From assembly GCA_964057225.1 (NCBI GenBank), contig OZ059899.1, positions 17,670,001 through 17,734,000 of the forward strand: DNA of 64,000 nt. The letters run 5' to 3'. This DNA is from Auanema rhodensis. Its lineage: Eukaryota; Animalia; Nematoda. Below are positions 11,901 to 26,388 of the stretch, piece by piece. How positions within the stretch are numbered: the first letter of the stretch is position 1; every line of letters starts with the position of its first letter. The position numbers and the translations under genes were made by a program. The notes under the pieces were generated by a model. The model saw only the letters and a list, made by a program, of their open reading frames with translations, made no database searches and was not told the origin of the DNA.

Positions 11901-14900
11901 GATGGACAATGTTATTCAACGAAAAAATTAATTCTGCAGGGTGAAAATCGAGGATATAAGTGTGAACTTATATCAGTTGATATCTCGGTGCACTTTTAAG
12001 CTAGCGCAAATCTGATAACACAGATCGACGCAGCTTAAAAATCCGCATCGAATGCACTATACTACATTGAAAAACGCTTAATACAAAAATTAGTTATGAT
12101 CGTTTGAAAAATGATGCATTAGTGTATGTTGAGTTTCCATGTACACTCAACATTGCTTCCAAAAACATTTTGACAAAAATTTTTCCGAAAAATTTCAAAA
12201 TAATTTCGCAAAAAGTAGATGTTTTTAGATTCCTTTTTTCAAGGCAAAGACGATGGACAATGTTATTCAACGAAAAAATTAATTCTGCAGGGTGAAAATC
12301 GAGGATATAAGTGTGAACTTATATCAGTTGATATCTCGGTGCACTTTTAAGCTAGCGCAAATCTGATAACATAGATCGACGCAGCTTAAAAATCCGCATC
12401 GAATGCACTATACTACATTAAAAAACGCTTAATACAAAAATTAGTTATGATCGTTTGAAAAATGATGCATTAGTGTATGTTGAGTTTCCATGTACACTCA
12501 ACATTGCTTCCAAAAACATTTTGACAAAAATTTTTCCAAAAAATTTCAAAATAATTTCGCAAAAAGTAAATGTTTTTAGATTCCTTTTTTCAAGGCAAAG
12601 ACGATGGACAATGTTATTCAACGAAAAAATTAATTCTCCAGGGTGAAAATCGAGGATATAAGTGTAAACTTATATCAGTTGATATCTCGGTGCATTTTTA
12701 AGCTAGCGCAAATCTGATAACACAGATCGACGCAGCTTAAAAATCCGCATCGAATGCACTATACTACATTGAAAAACGCTTAATACAAAAATTAGTTATG
12801 ATCGTTTGAAAAAAGATGCATTAGTGTATGTTGAGTTTCCATGTACACTCAACATTGCTTCCAAAAACATTTTGACAAAAATTTTTCCAAAAAATTTCAA
12901 AATAATTTCGCAAAAAGTAAATGTTTTTAGATTCCTTTTTTCAAGGCAAAGACGATGGACAATGTTATTCAACGAAAAAATTAATTCTGCAGGGTGAAAA
13001 TCTAGGATATAAGTGTGAACTTATATCAGTTGATATCTCGGTGCATTTTTAAGCTAGCGCAAATCTGATAACACAGATCGACGCAGCTTAAAAATCCGCA
13101 TCGAATGCACTATACTACATTGAGAAACGCTTAATACAAAAATTAGTGATGATCGTTTGAAAAAAGACGCATTAGTGTATGTTGAGTTTCCATGTACACT
13201 CAACATTGCTTCCAAAAACATTTTGACAAAAATTTTTCCAAAAAATTTCAAAATAATTTCGCAAAAAGTAAATGTTTTTAGATTCCTTTTTTCAAGGCAA
13301 AGACGATGGACAATGTTATTCAACGAAAAAATTAATTCTGCAGGGTGAAAATCTAGGATATAAGTGTGAACTTATATCAGTTGATATCTCGGTGCATTTT
13401 TAAGCTAGCGCAAATCTGATAACACAGATCGACGCAGCTTAAAAATCCGCATCGAATGCACTATACTACATTGAAAAACGCTTAATACAAAAATTAGTTA
13501 TGATTGTTTGAAAAAAGATGCATTAGTGTATGTTGAGTTTCCATGTACACTCAACATTGCTTCCAAAAACATTTTGACAAAAATTTTTCCAAAAAATTTC
13601 AAGATAATTTCGCAAAAAGTAAATGTTTTTAGATTCCTTTTTTCAAGGCAAAGACGATGGACAATGTTATTCAACGAAAAAATTAATTCTGCAGGGTGAA
13701 AATCGAGGATATAAGTGTGAACTTATATCAGTTGATATCTCGGTGCATTTTTAAGCTAGCGCAAATCTGATAACACAGATCGACGCAGCTTAAAAATCCG
13801 CATCGAATGCACTATACTACATTGAAAAACGCTTAATACAAAAATTAGTTATGATCGTTTGAAAAATGATGCATTAGTGTATGTTGAGTTTCCATGTACA
13901 CTCAACATTGCTTCCAAAAACATTTTGACAAAAATTTTTCCGAAAAATTTCAAAATAATTTCGCAAAAAGTAGATGTTTTTAGATTCCTTTTTTCAAGGC
14001 AAAGACGATGGACAATGTTATTTAACGAAAAAATTAATTCTGCAGGGTGAAAATCGAGGATATAAGTGTGAACTTATATCAGTTGATATCTCGGTGCATT
14101 TTTAAGCTAGCGCAAATCTGATAACACAGATCGACGCAGCTTAAAAATCCGCATCGAATGCACTATACTACATTGAAAAACGCTTAATACAAAAATTAGT
14201 TATGATTGTTTGAAAAAAGATGCATTAGTGTATGTTGAGTTTCCATGTACACTCAACATTGCTTCCAAAAACATTTTGACAAAAATTTTTCCAAAAAATT
14301 TCAAAATAATTTCGCAAAAAGTAAATGTTTTTAGATTCCTTTTTTCAAGGCAAAGACGATGGACAATGTTATTCAACGAAAAAATTAATTCTGCAGGGTG
14401 AAAATCTAGGATATAAGTGTGAACTTATATCAGTTGATATCTCGGTGCATTTTTAAGCTAGCGCAAATCTGATAACACAGATCGACGCAGCTTTAAAATC
14501 CGCATCGAATGCACTATACTACATTGAAAAACGCTTAATACAAAAATTAGTTATGATCGTTTGAAAAAAGATGCATTAGTGTATGTTGAGTTTCCATGTA
14601 CACTCAACATTGCTTCCAAAAACATTTTGACAAAAATTTTTCCAAAAAATTTCAAAATAATTTCGCAAAAAGTAAATGGTTTTAGATTCCTTTTTTCAAG
14701 GCAAAGACGATGGACAATGTTATTCAACGAAAAAATTAATTCTGCAGGGTGAAAATCGAGGATATAAGTGTGAACTTATATCAGTTGATATCTCGGTGCA
14801 TTTTTAAGCTAGCGCAAATCTGATAACACAGATCGACGCAGCTTAAAAATCCGCATCGAATGCACTATACTACATTGAAAAACGCTTAATACAAAAATTA

Positions 14901-17900
14901 GTTATGATTGTTTGAAAAAAGATGCATTAGTGTATGTTGAGTTTCCATGTACACTCAACATTGCTTCCAAAAACATTTTGACAAAAATTTTTCCAAAAAA
15001 TTTCAAGATAATTACGCAAAAAGTAAATGTTTTTAGATTCCTTTTTTCAAGGCAAAGACGATGGACAATGTTATTCAACGAAAAAATTAATTCTGCAGGG
15101 TGAAAATCGAGGATATAAGTGTGAACTTATATCAGTTGATATCTCGGTGCATTTTTAAGCTAGCGCAAATCTGATAACACAGATCGACGCAGCTTAAAAA
15201 TCCGCATCGAATGCACTATACTACATTGAAAAACGCTTAATACAAAAATTAGTTATGATCGTTTGAAAAATGATGCATTAGTGTATGTTGAGTTTCCATG
15301 TACACTCAACATTGCTTCCAAAAACATTTTGACAAAAATTTTTCCGAAAAATTTCAAAATAATTTCGCAAAAAGTAGATGTTTTTAGATTCCTTTTTTCA
15401 AGGCAAAGACGATGGACAATGTTATTCAACGAAAAAATTAATTCTGCAGGGTGAAAATCGAGGATATAAGTGTGAACTTATATCAGTTGATATCTCGGTG
15501 CATTTTTAAGCTAGCGCAAATCTGATAACACAGATCGACGCAGCTTAAAAATCCGCATCGAATGCACTATACTACATTGAAAAACGCTTAATACAAAAAT
15601 TAGTTATGATTGTTTGAAAAAAGATGCATTAGTGTATGTTGAGTTTCCATGTACACTCAACATTGCTTCCAAAAACATTTTGACAAAAATTTTTCCAAAA
15701 AATTTCAAGATAATTACGCAAAAAGTAAATGTTTTTAGATTCCTTTTTTCAAGGCAAAGACGATGGACAATGTTATTCAACGAAAAAATTAATTCTGCAG
15801 GGTGAAAATCGAGGATATAAGTGTGAACTTATATCAGTTGATATCTCGGTGCATTTTTAAGCTAGCGCAAATCTGATAACACAGATCGACGCAGCTTAAA
15901 AATCCGCATCGAATGCACTATACTACATTGAAAAACGCTTAATACGAAAATTAGTTATGATCGTTTGAAAAATGATGCATTAGTGTATGTTGAGTTTCCA
16001 TGTACACTCAACATTGCTTCCAAAAACATTTTGACAAAAATTTTTCCAAAAAATTTCAAAATAATTTCGCAAAAAGTAAATGGTTTTAGATTCCTTTTTT
16101 CAAGGCAAAGACGATGGACAATGTTATTCAACGAAAAAATTAATTCTGCAGGGTGAAAATCGAGGATATAAGTGTGAACTTATATCAGTTGATATCTCGG
16201 TGCATTTTTAAGCTAGCGCAAATCTGATAACACAGATCGACGCAGCTTAAAAATCCGCATCGAATGCACTATACTACATTGAAAAACGCTTAATACAAAA
16301 ATTAGTTATGATCGTTTGAAAAAAGATGCATTAGTGTATGTTGAGTTTCCATGTACACTCAACATTGCTTCCAAAAACATTTTGACAAAAATTTTTCCAA
16401 AAAATTTCAAAATAATTTCGCAAAAAGTAAATGGTTTTAGATTCCTTTTTTCAAGGCAAAGACGATGGACAATGTTATTCAACGAAAAAATTAATTCTGC
16501 AGGGTGAAAATCGAGGATATAAGTGTGAACTTATATCAGTTGATATCTCGGTGCATTTTTAAGCTAGCGCAAATCTGATAACACAGATCGACGCAGCTTA
16601 AAAATCCGCATCGAATGCACTATACTACATTGAAAAACGCTTAATACAAAAATTAGTTATGATCGTTTGAAAAATGATGCATTAGTGTATGTTGAGTTTC
16701 CATGTACACTCAACATTGCTTCCAAAAACATTTTGACAAAAATTTTTCCAAAAAATTTCAAAATAATTTCGCAAAAAGTAAATGGTTTTAGATTCCTTTT
16801 TTCAAGGCAAAGACGATGGACAATGTTATTCAACGAAAAAATTAATTCTGCAGGGTGAAAATCGAGGATATAAGTGTGAACTTATATCAGTTGATATCTC
16901 GGTGCATTTTTAAGCTAGCGCAAATCTGATAACACAGATCGACGCAGCTTAAAAATCCGCATCGAATGCACTATACTACATTGAAAAACGCTTAATACAA
17001 AAATTAGTTATGATCGTTTGAAAAAAGATGCATTAGTGTATGTTGAGTTTCCATGTACACTCAACATTGCTTCCAAAAACATTTTGACAAAAATTTTTCC
17101 AAAAAATTTCAAAATAATTTCGCAAAAAGTAAATGGTTTTAGATTCCTTTTTTCAAGGCAAAGACGATGGACAATGTTATTCAACGAAAAAATTAATTCT
17201 GCAGGGTGAAAATCGAGGATATAAGTGTGAACTTATATCAGTTGATATCTCGGTGCATTTTTAAGCTAGCGCAAATCTGATAACACAGATCGACGCAGCT
17301 TAAAAATCCGCATCGAATGCACTATACTACATTGAAAAACGCTTAATACAAAAATTAGTTATGATCGTTTGAAAAAAGATGCATTAGTGTATGTTGAGTT
17401 TCCATGTACACTCAACATTGCTTCCAAAAACATTTTGACAAAAATTTTTCCAAAAAATTTCAAAATAATTTCGCAAAAAGTAAATGTTTTTAGATTCCTT
17501 TTTTCAAGGCAAAGACGATGGACAATGTTATTCAACGAAAAAATTAATTCTGCAGGGTGAAAATCTAGGATATAAGTGTGAACTTATATCAGTTGATATC
17601 TCGGTGCATTTTTAAGCTAGCGCAAATCTGATAACACAGATCGACGCAGCTTAAAAATCCGCATCGAATGCACTATACTACATTGAAAAACGCTTAATAC
17701 AAAAATTAGTGATGATCGTTTGAAAAATGATGTATTAGTGTATGTTGAGTTTCCATGTACACTCAACATTGCTTCCAAAAACATTTTGACAAAAATTTTT
17801 CCAAAAAATTTCAAGATAATTTCGCAAAAAGTAAATGTTTTTAGATTCCTTTTTTCAAGGCAAAGACGATGGACAATGTTATTCAACGAAAAAATTAATT

Positions 17901-20900
17901 CTGCAGGGTGAAAATCGAGGATATAAGTGTGAACTTATATCAGTTGATATCTCGGTGCATTTTTAAGCTAGCGCAAATCTGATAACACAGATCGACGCAG
18001 CTTAAAAATCCGCATCGAATGCACTATACTACATTGAAAAACGCTTAATACAAAAATTAGTTATGATCGTTTGAAAAAAGATGCATTAGTGTATGTTGAG
18101 TTTCCATGTACACTCAACATTGCTTCCAAAAACATTTTGACAAAAATTTTTCCAAAAAATTTCAAAATAATTTCGCAAAAAGTAGATGTTTTTAGATTCC
18201 TTTTTTCAAGGCAAAGACGATGGACAATGTTATTCAACGAAAAAATTAATTCTGCAGGGTGAAAATCGAGGATATAAGTGTGAACTTATATCAGTTGATA
18301 TCTCGGTGCATTTTTAAGCTAGCGCAAATCTGAAAACACAGATCGACGCAGCTTAAAAATCCGCATCGAATGCACTATACTACATTGAAAAACGCTTAAT
18401 ACAAAAATTAGTTATGATTGTTTGAAAAAAGATGCATTAGTGTATGTTGAGTTTCCATGTACACTCAACATTGCTTCCAAAAACATTTTGACAAAAATTT
18501 TTCCAAAAAATTTGAAGATAATTACGCAAAAAGTAAATGTTTTTAGATTCCTTTTTTCAAGGCAAAGACGATGGACAATGTTATTCAACGAAAAAATTAA
18601 TTCTGCAGGGTGAAAATCGAGGATATAAGTGTGAACTTATATCAGTTGATATCTCGGTGCATTTTTAAGCTAGCGCAAATCTGATAACACAGATCGACGC
18701 AGCTTAAAAATCCGCATCGAATGCACTATACTACATTGAAAAACGCTTAATACAAAAATTAGTTATGATCGTTTGAAAAATGATGCATTAGTGTATGTTG
18801 AGTTTCCATGTACACTCAACATTGCTTCCAAAAACATTTTGACAAAAATTTTTCCAAAAAATTTCAAAATAATTTCGCAAAAAGTAAATGTTTTTAGATT
18901 CCTTTTTTCAAGGCAAAGACGATGGACAATGTTATTCAACGAAAAAATTAATTCTGCAGGGTGAAAATCTAGGATATAAGTGTGAACTTATATCAGTTGA
19001 TATCTCGGTGCATTTTTAAGCTAGCGCAAATCTGATAACACAGATCGACGCAGCTTAAAAATCCGCATCGAATGCACTATACTACATTGAAAAACGCTTA
19101 ATACAAAAATTAGTTATGATTGTTTGAAAAAAGATGCATTAGTGTATGTTGAGTTTCCATGTACACTCAACATTGCTTCCAAAAACATTTTGACAAAAAT
19201 TTTTCCAAAAAATTTCAAGATAATTTCGCAAAAAGTAAATGTTTTTAGATTCCTTTTTTCAAGGCAAAGACGATGGACAATGTTATTCAACGAAAAAATT
19301 AATTCTGCAGGGTGAAAATCGAGGATATAAGTGTGAACTTATATCAGTTCATATCTCGGTGCATTTTTAAGCTAGCGCAAATCTGATAACACAGATCGAC
19401 GCAGCTTAAAAATCCGCATCGAATGCACTATACTACATTGAAAAACGCTTAATACAAAAATTAGTTATGATTGTTTGAAAAAAGATGCATTAGTGTATGT
19501 TGAGTTTCCATGTACACTCAACATTGCTTCCAAAAACATTTTGACAAAAATTTTTCCAAAAAATTTCAAAATAATTTCGCAAAAAGTAAATGTTTTTAGA
19601 TTCCTTTTTTCAAGGCAAAGACGATGGACAATGTTATTCAACGAAAAAATTAATTCTGCAGGGTGAAAATCTAGGATATAAGTGTGAACTTATATCAGTT
19701 GATATCTCGGTGCATTTTTAAGCTAGCGCAAATCTGATAACACAGATCGACGCAGCTTAAAAATCCGCATCGAATGCACTATACTACATTGAAAAACGCT
19801 TAATACAAAAATTAGTTATGATCGTTTGAAAAAAGATGCATTAGTGTATGTTGAGTTTCCATGTACACTCAACATTGCTTCCAAAAACATTTTGACAAAA
19901 ATTTTTCCAAAAAATTTCAAAATAATTTCGCAAAAAGTAAATGTTTTTAGATTCCCTTTTTCAAGGCAAAGACGATGGACAATGTTATTCAACGAAAAAA
20001 TTAATTCTGCAGGGTGAAAATCTAGGATATAAGTGTGAACTTATATCAGTTGATATCTCGGTGCATTTTTAAGCTAGCGCAAATCTGATAACACAGATCG
20101 ACGCAGCTTAAAAATCCGCATCGAATGCACTATACTACATTGAAAAACGCTTAATACAAAAATTAGTTATGATTGTTTGAAAAAAGATGCATTAGTGTAT
20201 GTTGAGTTTCCATGTACACTCAACATTGCTTCCAAAAACATTTTGACAAAAATTTTTCCAAAAAATTTCAAAATAATTTCGCAAAAAGTAAATGGTTTTA
20301 GATTCCTTTTTTCAAGGCAAAGACGATGGACAATGTTATTCAACGAAAAAATTAATTCTGCAGGGTGAAAATCGAGGATATAAGTGTGAACTTATATCAG
20401 TTGATATCTCGGTGCATTTTTAAGCTAGCGCAAATCTGATAACACAGATCGACGCAGCTTAAAAATCCGCATCGAATGCACTATACTACATTGAAAAACG
20501 CTTAATACAAAAATTAGTTATGATCGTTTGAAAAATGATGCATTAGTGTATGTTGAGTTTCCATGTACACTCAACATTGCTTCCAAAAACATTTTGACAA
20601 AAATTTTTCCAAAAAATTTCAAAATAATTTCGCAAAAAGTAAATGTTTTTAGATTCCTTTTTTCAAGGCAAAGACGATGGACAATGTTATTCAACGAAAA
20701 AATTAATTCTGCAGGGTGAAAATCTAGGATATAAGTGTGAACTTATATCAGTTGATATCTCGGTGCATTTTTAAGCTAGCGCAAATCTGATAACACAGAT
20801 CGACGCAGCTTAAAAATCCGCATCGAATGCACTATACTACATTGAAAAACGCTTAATACAAAAATTAGTTATGATTGTTTGAAAAAAGATGCATTAGTGT

Positions 20901-23900
20901 ATGTTGAGTTTCCATGTACACTCAACATTGCTTCCAAAAACATTTTGACAAAAATTTTTCCAAAAAATTTCAAGATAATTTCGCAAAAAGTAAATGTTTT
21001 TAGATTCCTTTTTTCAAGGCAAAGACGATGGACAATGTTATTCAACGAAAAAATTAATTCTGCAGGGTGAAAATCGAGGATATAAGTGTGAACTTATATC
21101 AGTTGATATCTCGGTGCATTTTTAAGCTAGCGCAAATCTGATAACACAGATCGACGCAGCTTAAAAATCCGCATCGAATGCACTATACTACATTGAAAAA
21201 CGCTTAATACAAAAATTAGTTATGATTGTTTGAAAAAAGATGCATTAGTGTATGTTGAGTTTCCATGTACACTCAACATTGCTTCCAAAAACATTTTGAC
21301 AAAAATTTTTCCAAAAAATTTCAAAATAATTTCGCAAAAAGTAAATGTTTTTAGATTCCTTTTTTCAAGGCAAAGACGATGGACAATGTTATTCAACGAA
21401 AAAATTAATTCTGCAGGGTGAAAATCTAGGATATAAGTGTGAACTTATATCAGTTGATATCTCGGTGCATTTTTAAGCTAGCGCAAATCTGATAACACAG
21501 ATCGACGCAGCTTAAAAATCCGCATCGAATGCACTATACTACATTGAAAAACGCTTAATACAAAAATTAGTTATGATCGTTTGAAAAAAGATGCATTAGT
21601 GTATGTTGAGTTTCCATGTACACTCAACATTGCTTCCAAAAACATTTTGACAAAAATTTTTCCAAAAAATTTCAAAATAATTTCGCAAAAAGTAAATGTT
21701 TTTAGATTCCTTTTTTCAAGGCAAAGACGATGGACAATGTTATTCAACGAAAAAATTAATTCTGCAGGGTGAAAATCTAGGATATAAGTGTGAACTTATA
21801 TCAGTTGATATCTCGGTGCATTTTTAAGCTAGCGCAAATCTGATAACACAGATCGACGCAGCTTAAAAATCCGCATCGAATGCACTATACTACATTGAAA
21901 AACGCTTAATACAAAAATTAGTTATGATTGTTTGAAAAAAGATGCATTAGTGTATGTTGAGTTTCCATGTACACTCAACATTGCTTCCAAAAACATTTTG
22001 ACAAAAATTTTTCCAAAAAATTTCAAGATAATTTCGCAAAAAGTAAATGTTTTTAGATTCCTTTTTTCAAGGCAAAGACGATGGACAATGTTATTCAACG
22101 AAAAAATTAATTCTGCAGGGTGAAAATCGAGGATATAAGTGTGAACTTATATCAGTTGATATCTCGGTGCATTTTTAAGCTAGCGCAAATCTGATAACAC
22201 AGATCGACGCAGCTTAAAAATCCGCATCGAATGCACTATACTACATTGAAAAACGCTTAATACAAAAATTAGTTATGATTGTTTGAAAAAAGATGCATTA
22301 GTGTATGTTGAGTTTCCATGTACACTCAACATTGCTTCCAAAAACATTTTGACAAAAATTTTTCCAAAAAATTTCAAAATAATTTCGCAAAAAGTAAATG
22401 TTTTTAGATTCCTTTTTTCAAGGCAAAGACGATGGACAATGTTATTCAACGAAAAAATTAATTCTGCAGGGTGAAAATCTAGGATATAAGTGTGAACTTA
22501 TATCAGTTGATATCTCGGTGCATTTTTAAGCTAGCGCAAATCTGATAACACAGATCGACGCAGCTTAAAAATCCGCATCGAATGCACTATACTACATTGA
22601 AAAACGCTTAATACAAAAATTAGTTATGATCGTTTGAAAAAAGATGCATTAGTGTATGTTGAGTTTCCATGTACACTCAACATTGCTTCCAAAAACATTT
22701 TGACAAAAATTTTTCCAAAAAATTTCAAAATAATTTCGCAAAAAGTAAATGTTTTTAGATTCCCTTTTTCAAGGCAAAGACGATGGACAATGTTATTCAA
22801 CGAAAAAATTAATTCTGCAGGGTGAAAATCTAGGATATAAGTGTGAACTTATATCAGTTGATATCTCGGTGCATTTTTAAGCTAGCGCAAATCTGATAAC
22901 ACAGATCGACGCAGCTTAAAAATCCGCATCGAATGCACTATACTACATTGAAAAACGCTTAATACAAAAATTAGTTATGATTGTTTGAAAAAAGATGCAT
23001 TAGTGTATGTTGAGTTTCCATGTACACTCAACATTGCTTCCAAAAACATTTTGACAAAAATTTTTCCAAAAAATTTCAAAATAATTTCGCAAAAAGTAAA
23101 TGGTTTTAGATTCCTTTTTTCAAGGCAAAGACGATGGACAATGTTATTCAACGAAAAAATTAATTCTGCAGGGTGAAAATCGAGGATATAAGTGTGAACT
23201 TATATCAGTTGATATCTCGGTGCATTTTTAAGCTAGCGCAAATCTGATAACACAGATCGACGCAGCTTAAAAATCCGCATCGAATGCACTATACTACATT
23301 GAAAAACGCTTAATACAAAAATTAGTTATGATTGTTTGAAAAAAGATGCATTAGTGTATGTTGAGTTTCCATGTACACTCAACATTGCTTCCAAAAACAT
23401 TTTGACAAAAATTTTTCCAAAAAATTTCAAAATAATTTCGCAAAAAGTAAATGGTTTTAGATTCCTTTTTTCAAGGCAAAGACGATGGACAATGTTATTC
23501 AACGAAAAAATTAATTCTGCAGGGTGAAAATCGAGGATATAAGTGTGAACTTATATCAGTTGATATCTCGGTGCATTTTTAAGCTAGCGCAAATCTGATA
23601 ACACAGATCGACGCAGCTTAAAAATCCGCATCGAATGCACTATACTACATTGAAAAACGCTTAATACAAAAATTAGTTATGATCGTTTGAAAAATGATGC
23701 ATTAGTGTATGTTGAGTTTCCATGTACACTCAACATTGCTTCCAAAAACATTTTGACAAAAATTTTTCCAAAAAATTTCAAAATAATTTCGCAAAAAGTA
23801 AATGTTTTTAGATTCCTTTTTTCAAGGCAAAGACGATGGACAATGTTATTCAACGAAAAAATTAATTCTGCAGGGTGAAAATCTAGGATATAAGTGTGAA

Positions 23901-26224
23901 CTTATATCAGTTGATATCTCGGTGCATTTTTAAGCTAGCGCAAATCTGATAACACAGATCGACGCAGCTTAAAAATCCGCATCGAATGCACTATACTACA
24001 TTGAAAAACGCTTAATACAAAAATTAGTTATGATTGTTTGAAAAAAGATGCATTAGTGTATGTTGAGTTTCCATGTACACTCAACATTGCTTCCAAAAAC
24101 ATTTTGACAAAAATTTTTCCAAAAAATTTCAAGATAATTTCGCAAAAAGTAAATGTTTTTAGATTCCTTTTTTCAAGGCAAAGACGATGGACAATGTTAT
24201 TCAACGAAAAAATTAATTCTGCAGGGTGAAAATCGAGGATATAAGTGTGAACTTATATCAGTTGATATCTCGGTGCATTTTTAAGCTAGCGCAAATCTGA
24301 TAACACAGATCGACGCAGCTTAAAAATCCGCATCGAATGCACTATACTACATTGAAAAACGCTTAATACAAAAATTAGTTATGATCGTTTGAAAAATGAT
24401 GCATTAGTGTATGTTGAGTTTCCATGTACACTCAACATTGCTTCCAAAAACATTTTGACAAAAATTTTTCCAAAAAATTTCAAAATAATTTCGCAAAAAG
24501 TAAATGTTTTTAGATTCCTTTTTTCAAGGCAAAGACGATGGACAATGTTATTCAACGAAAAAATCAATTCTGCAGGGTGAAAATCTAGGATATAAGTGTG
24601 AACTTATATCAGTTGATATCTCGGTGCATTTTTAAGCTAGCGCAAATCTGATAACACAGATCGACGCAGCTTAAAAATCCGCATCGAATGCACTATACTA
24701 CATTGAAAAACGCTTAATACAAAAATTAGTTATGATTGTTTGAAAAAAGATGCATTAGTGTATGTTGAGTTTCCATGTACACTCAACATTGCTTCCAAAA
24801 ACATTTTGACAAAAATTTTTCCAAAAAATTTCAAGATAATTTCGCAAAAAGTAAATGTTTTTAGATTCCTTTTTTCAAGGCAAAGACGATGGACAATGTT
24901 ATTCAACGAAAAAATTAATTCTGCAGGGTGAAAATCGAGGATATAAGTGTGAACTTATATCAGTTGATATCTCGGTGCATTTTTAAGCTAGCGCAAATCT
25001 GATAACACAGATCGACGCAGCTTAAAAATCCGCATCGAATGCACTATACTACATTGAAAAACGCTTAATACAAAAATTAGTTATGATCGTTTGAAAAATG
25101 ATGCATTAGTGTATGTTGAGTTTCCATGTACACTCAACATTGCTTCCAAAAACATTTTGACAAAAATTTTTCCAAAAAATTTCAAAATAATTTCGCAAAA
25201 AGTAAATGTTTTTAGATTCCTTTTTTCAAGGCAAAGACGATGGACAATGTTATTCAACGAAAAAATTAATTCTGCAGGGTGAAAATCTAGGATATAAGTG
25301 TGAACTTATATCAGTTGATATCTCGGTGCATTTTTAAGCTAGCGCAAATCTGATAACACAGATCGACGCAGCTTAAAAATCCGCATCGAATGCACTATAC
25401 TACATTGAAAAACGCTTAATACAAAAATTAGTTATGATCGTTTGAAAAATGATGCATTAGTGTATGTTGAGTTTCCATGTACACTCAACATTGCTTCCAA
25501 AAACATTTTGACAAAAATTTTTCCGAAAAATTTCAAAATAATTTCGCAAAAAGTAGATGTTTTTAGATTCCTTTTTTCAAGGCAAAGACGATGGACAATG
25601 TTATTTAACGAAAAAATTAATTCTGCAGGGTGAAAATCGAGGATATAAGTGTGAACTTATATCAGTTGATATCTCGGTGCATTTTTAAGCTAGCGCAAAT
25701 CTGATAACACAGATCGACGCAGCTTAAAAATCCGCATCGAATGCACTATACTACATTGAAAAACGCTTAATACAAAAATTAGTTATGATTGTTTGAAAAC
25801 AGATGCATTAGTGTATGTTGAGTTTCCATGTACACTCAACATTGCTTCCAAAAACATTTTGACAAAAATTTTTCCAAAAAATTTCAAAATAATTTCGCAA
25901 AAAGTAAATGTTTTTAGATTCCTTTTTTCAAGGCAAAGACGATGGACAATGTTATTCAACGAAAAAATTAATTCTGCAGGGTGAAAATCTAGGATATAAG
26001 TGTGAACTTATATCAGTTGATATCTCGGTGCATTTTTAAGCTAGCGCAAATCTGATAACACAGATCGACGCAGCTTAAAAATCCGCATCGAATGCACTAT
26101 ACTACATTGAAAAACGCTTAATACAAAAATTAGTTATGATCGTTTGAAAAAAGATGCATTAGTGTATGTTGAGTTTCCATGTACACTCAACATTGCTTCC
26201 AAAAACATTTTGACAAAAATTTTT

Positions 26225-26388
26225 CCAAAAAATTTCAAAATAATTTCGCAAAAAGTAAATGTTTTTAGATTCCCTTTTTCAAGGCACGGTTCCCGGTTCG
26301 GCCCCCAAAAAATTTCAAAATAATTTCGCAAAAAGTAAATGTTTTTAGATTCCCTTTTTCAAGGCACGGTTCCCGGTTCGGCCCCCAA
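26225..26388 (+). repeat. 80-bp tandem duplication of the satellite/insert junction (also at +1154, +4063, +5217)
   Basis: 26225-26304 is repeated at 26305-26384, with identity extending through CCAA to 26388. CCAA microhomology is shared by satellite TTTTCCAAAA and insert GCCCCCAAGT. Confidence 0.93.

Noticed and set aside
26134-26331. 65-aa minus-strand ORF across the insert junction (four copies)
   Set aside because: Chance read-through across the 80-bp duplication, mostly antisense satellite.
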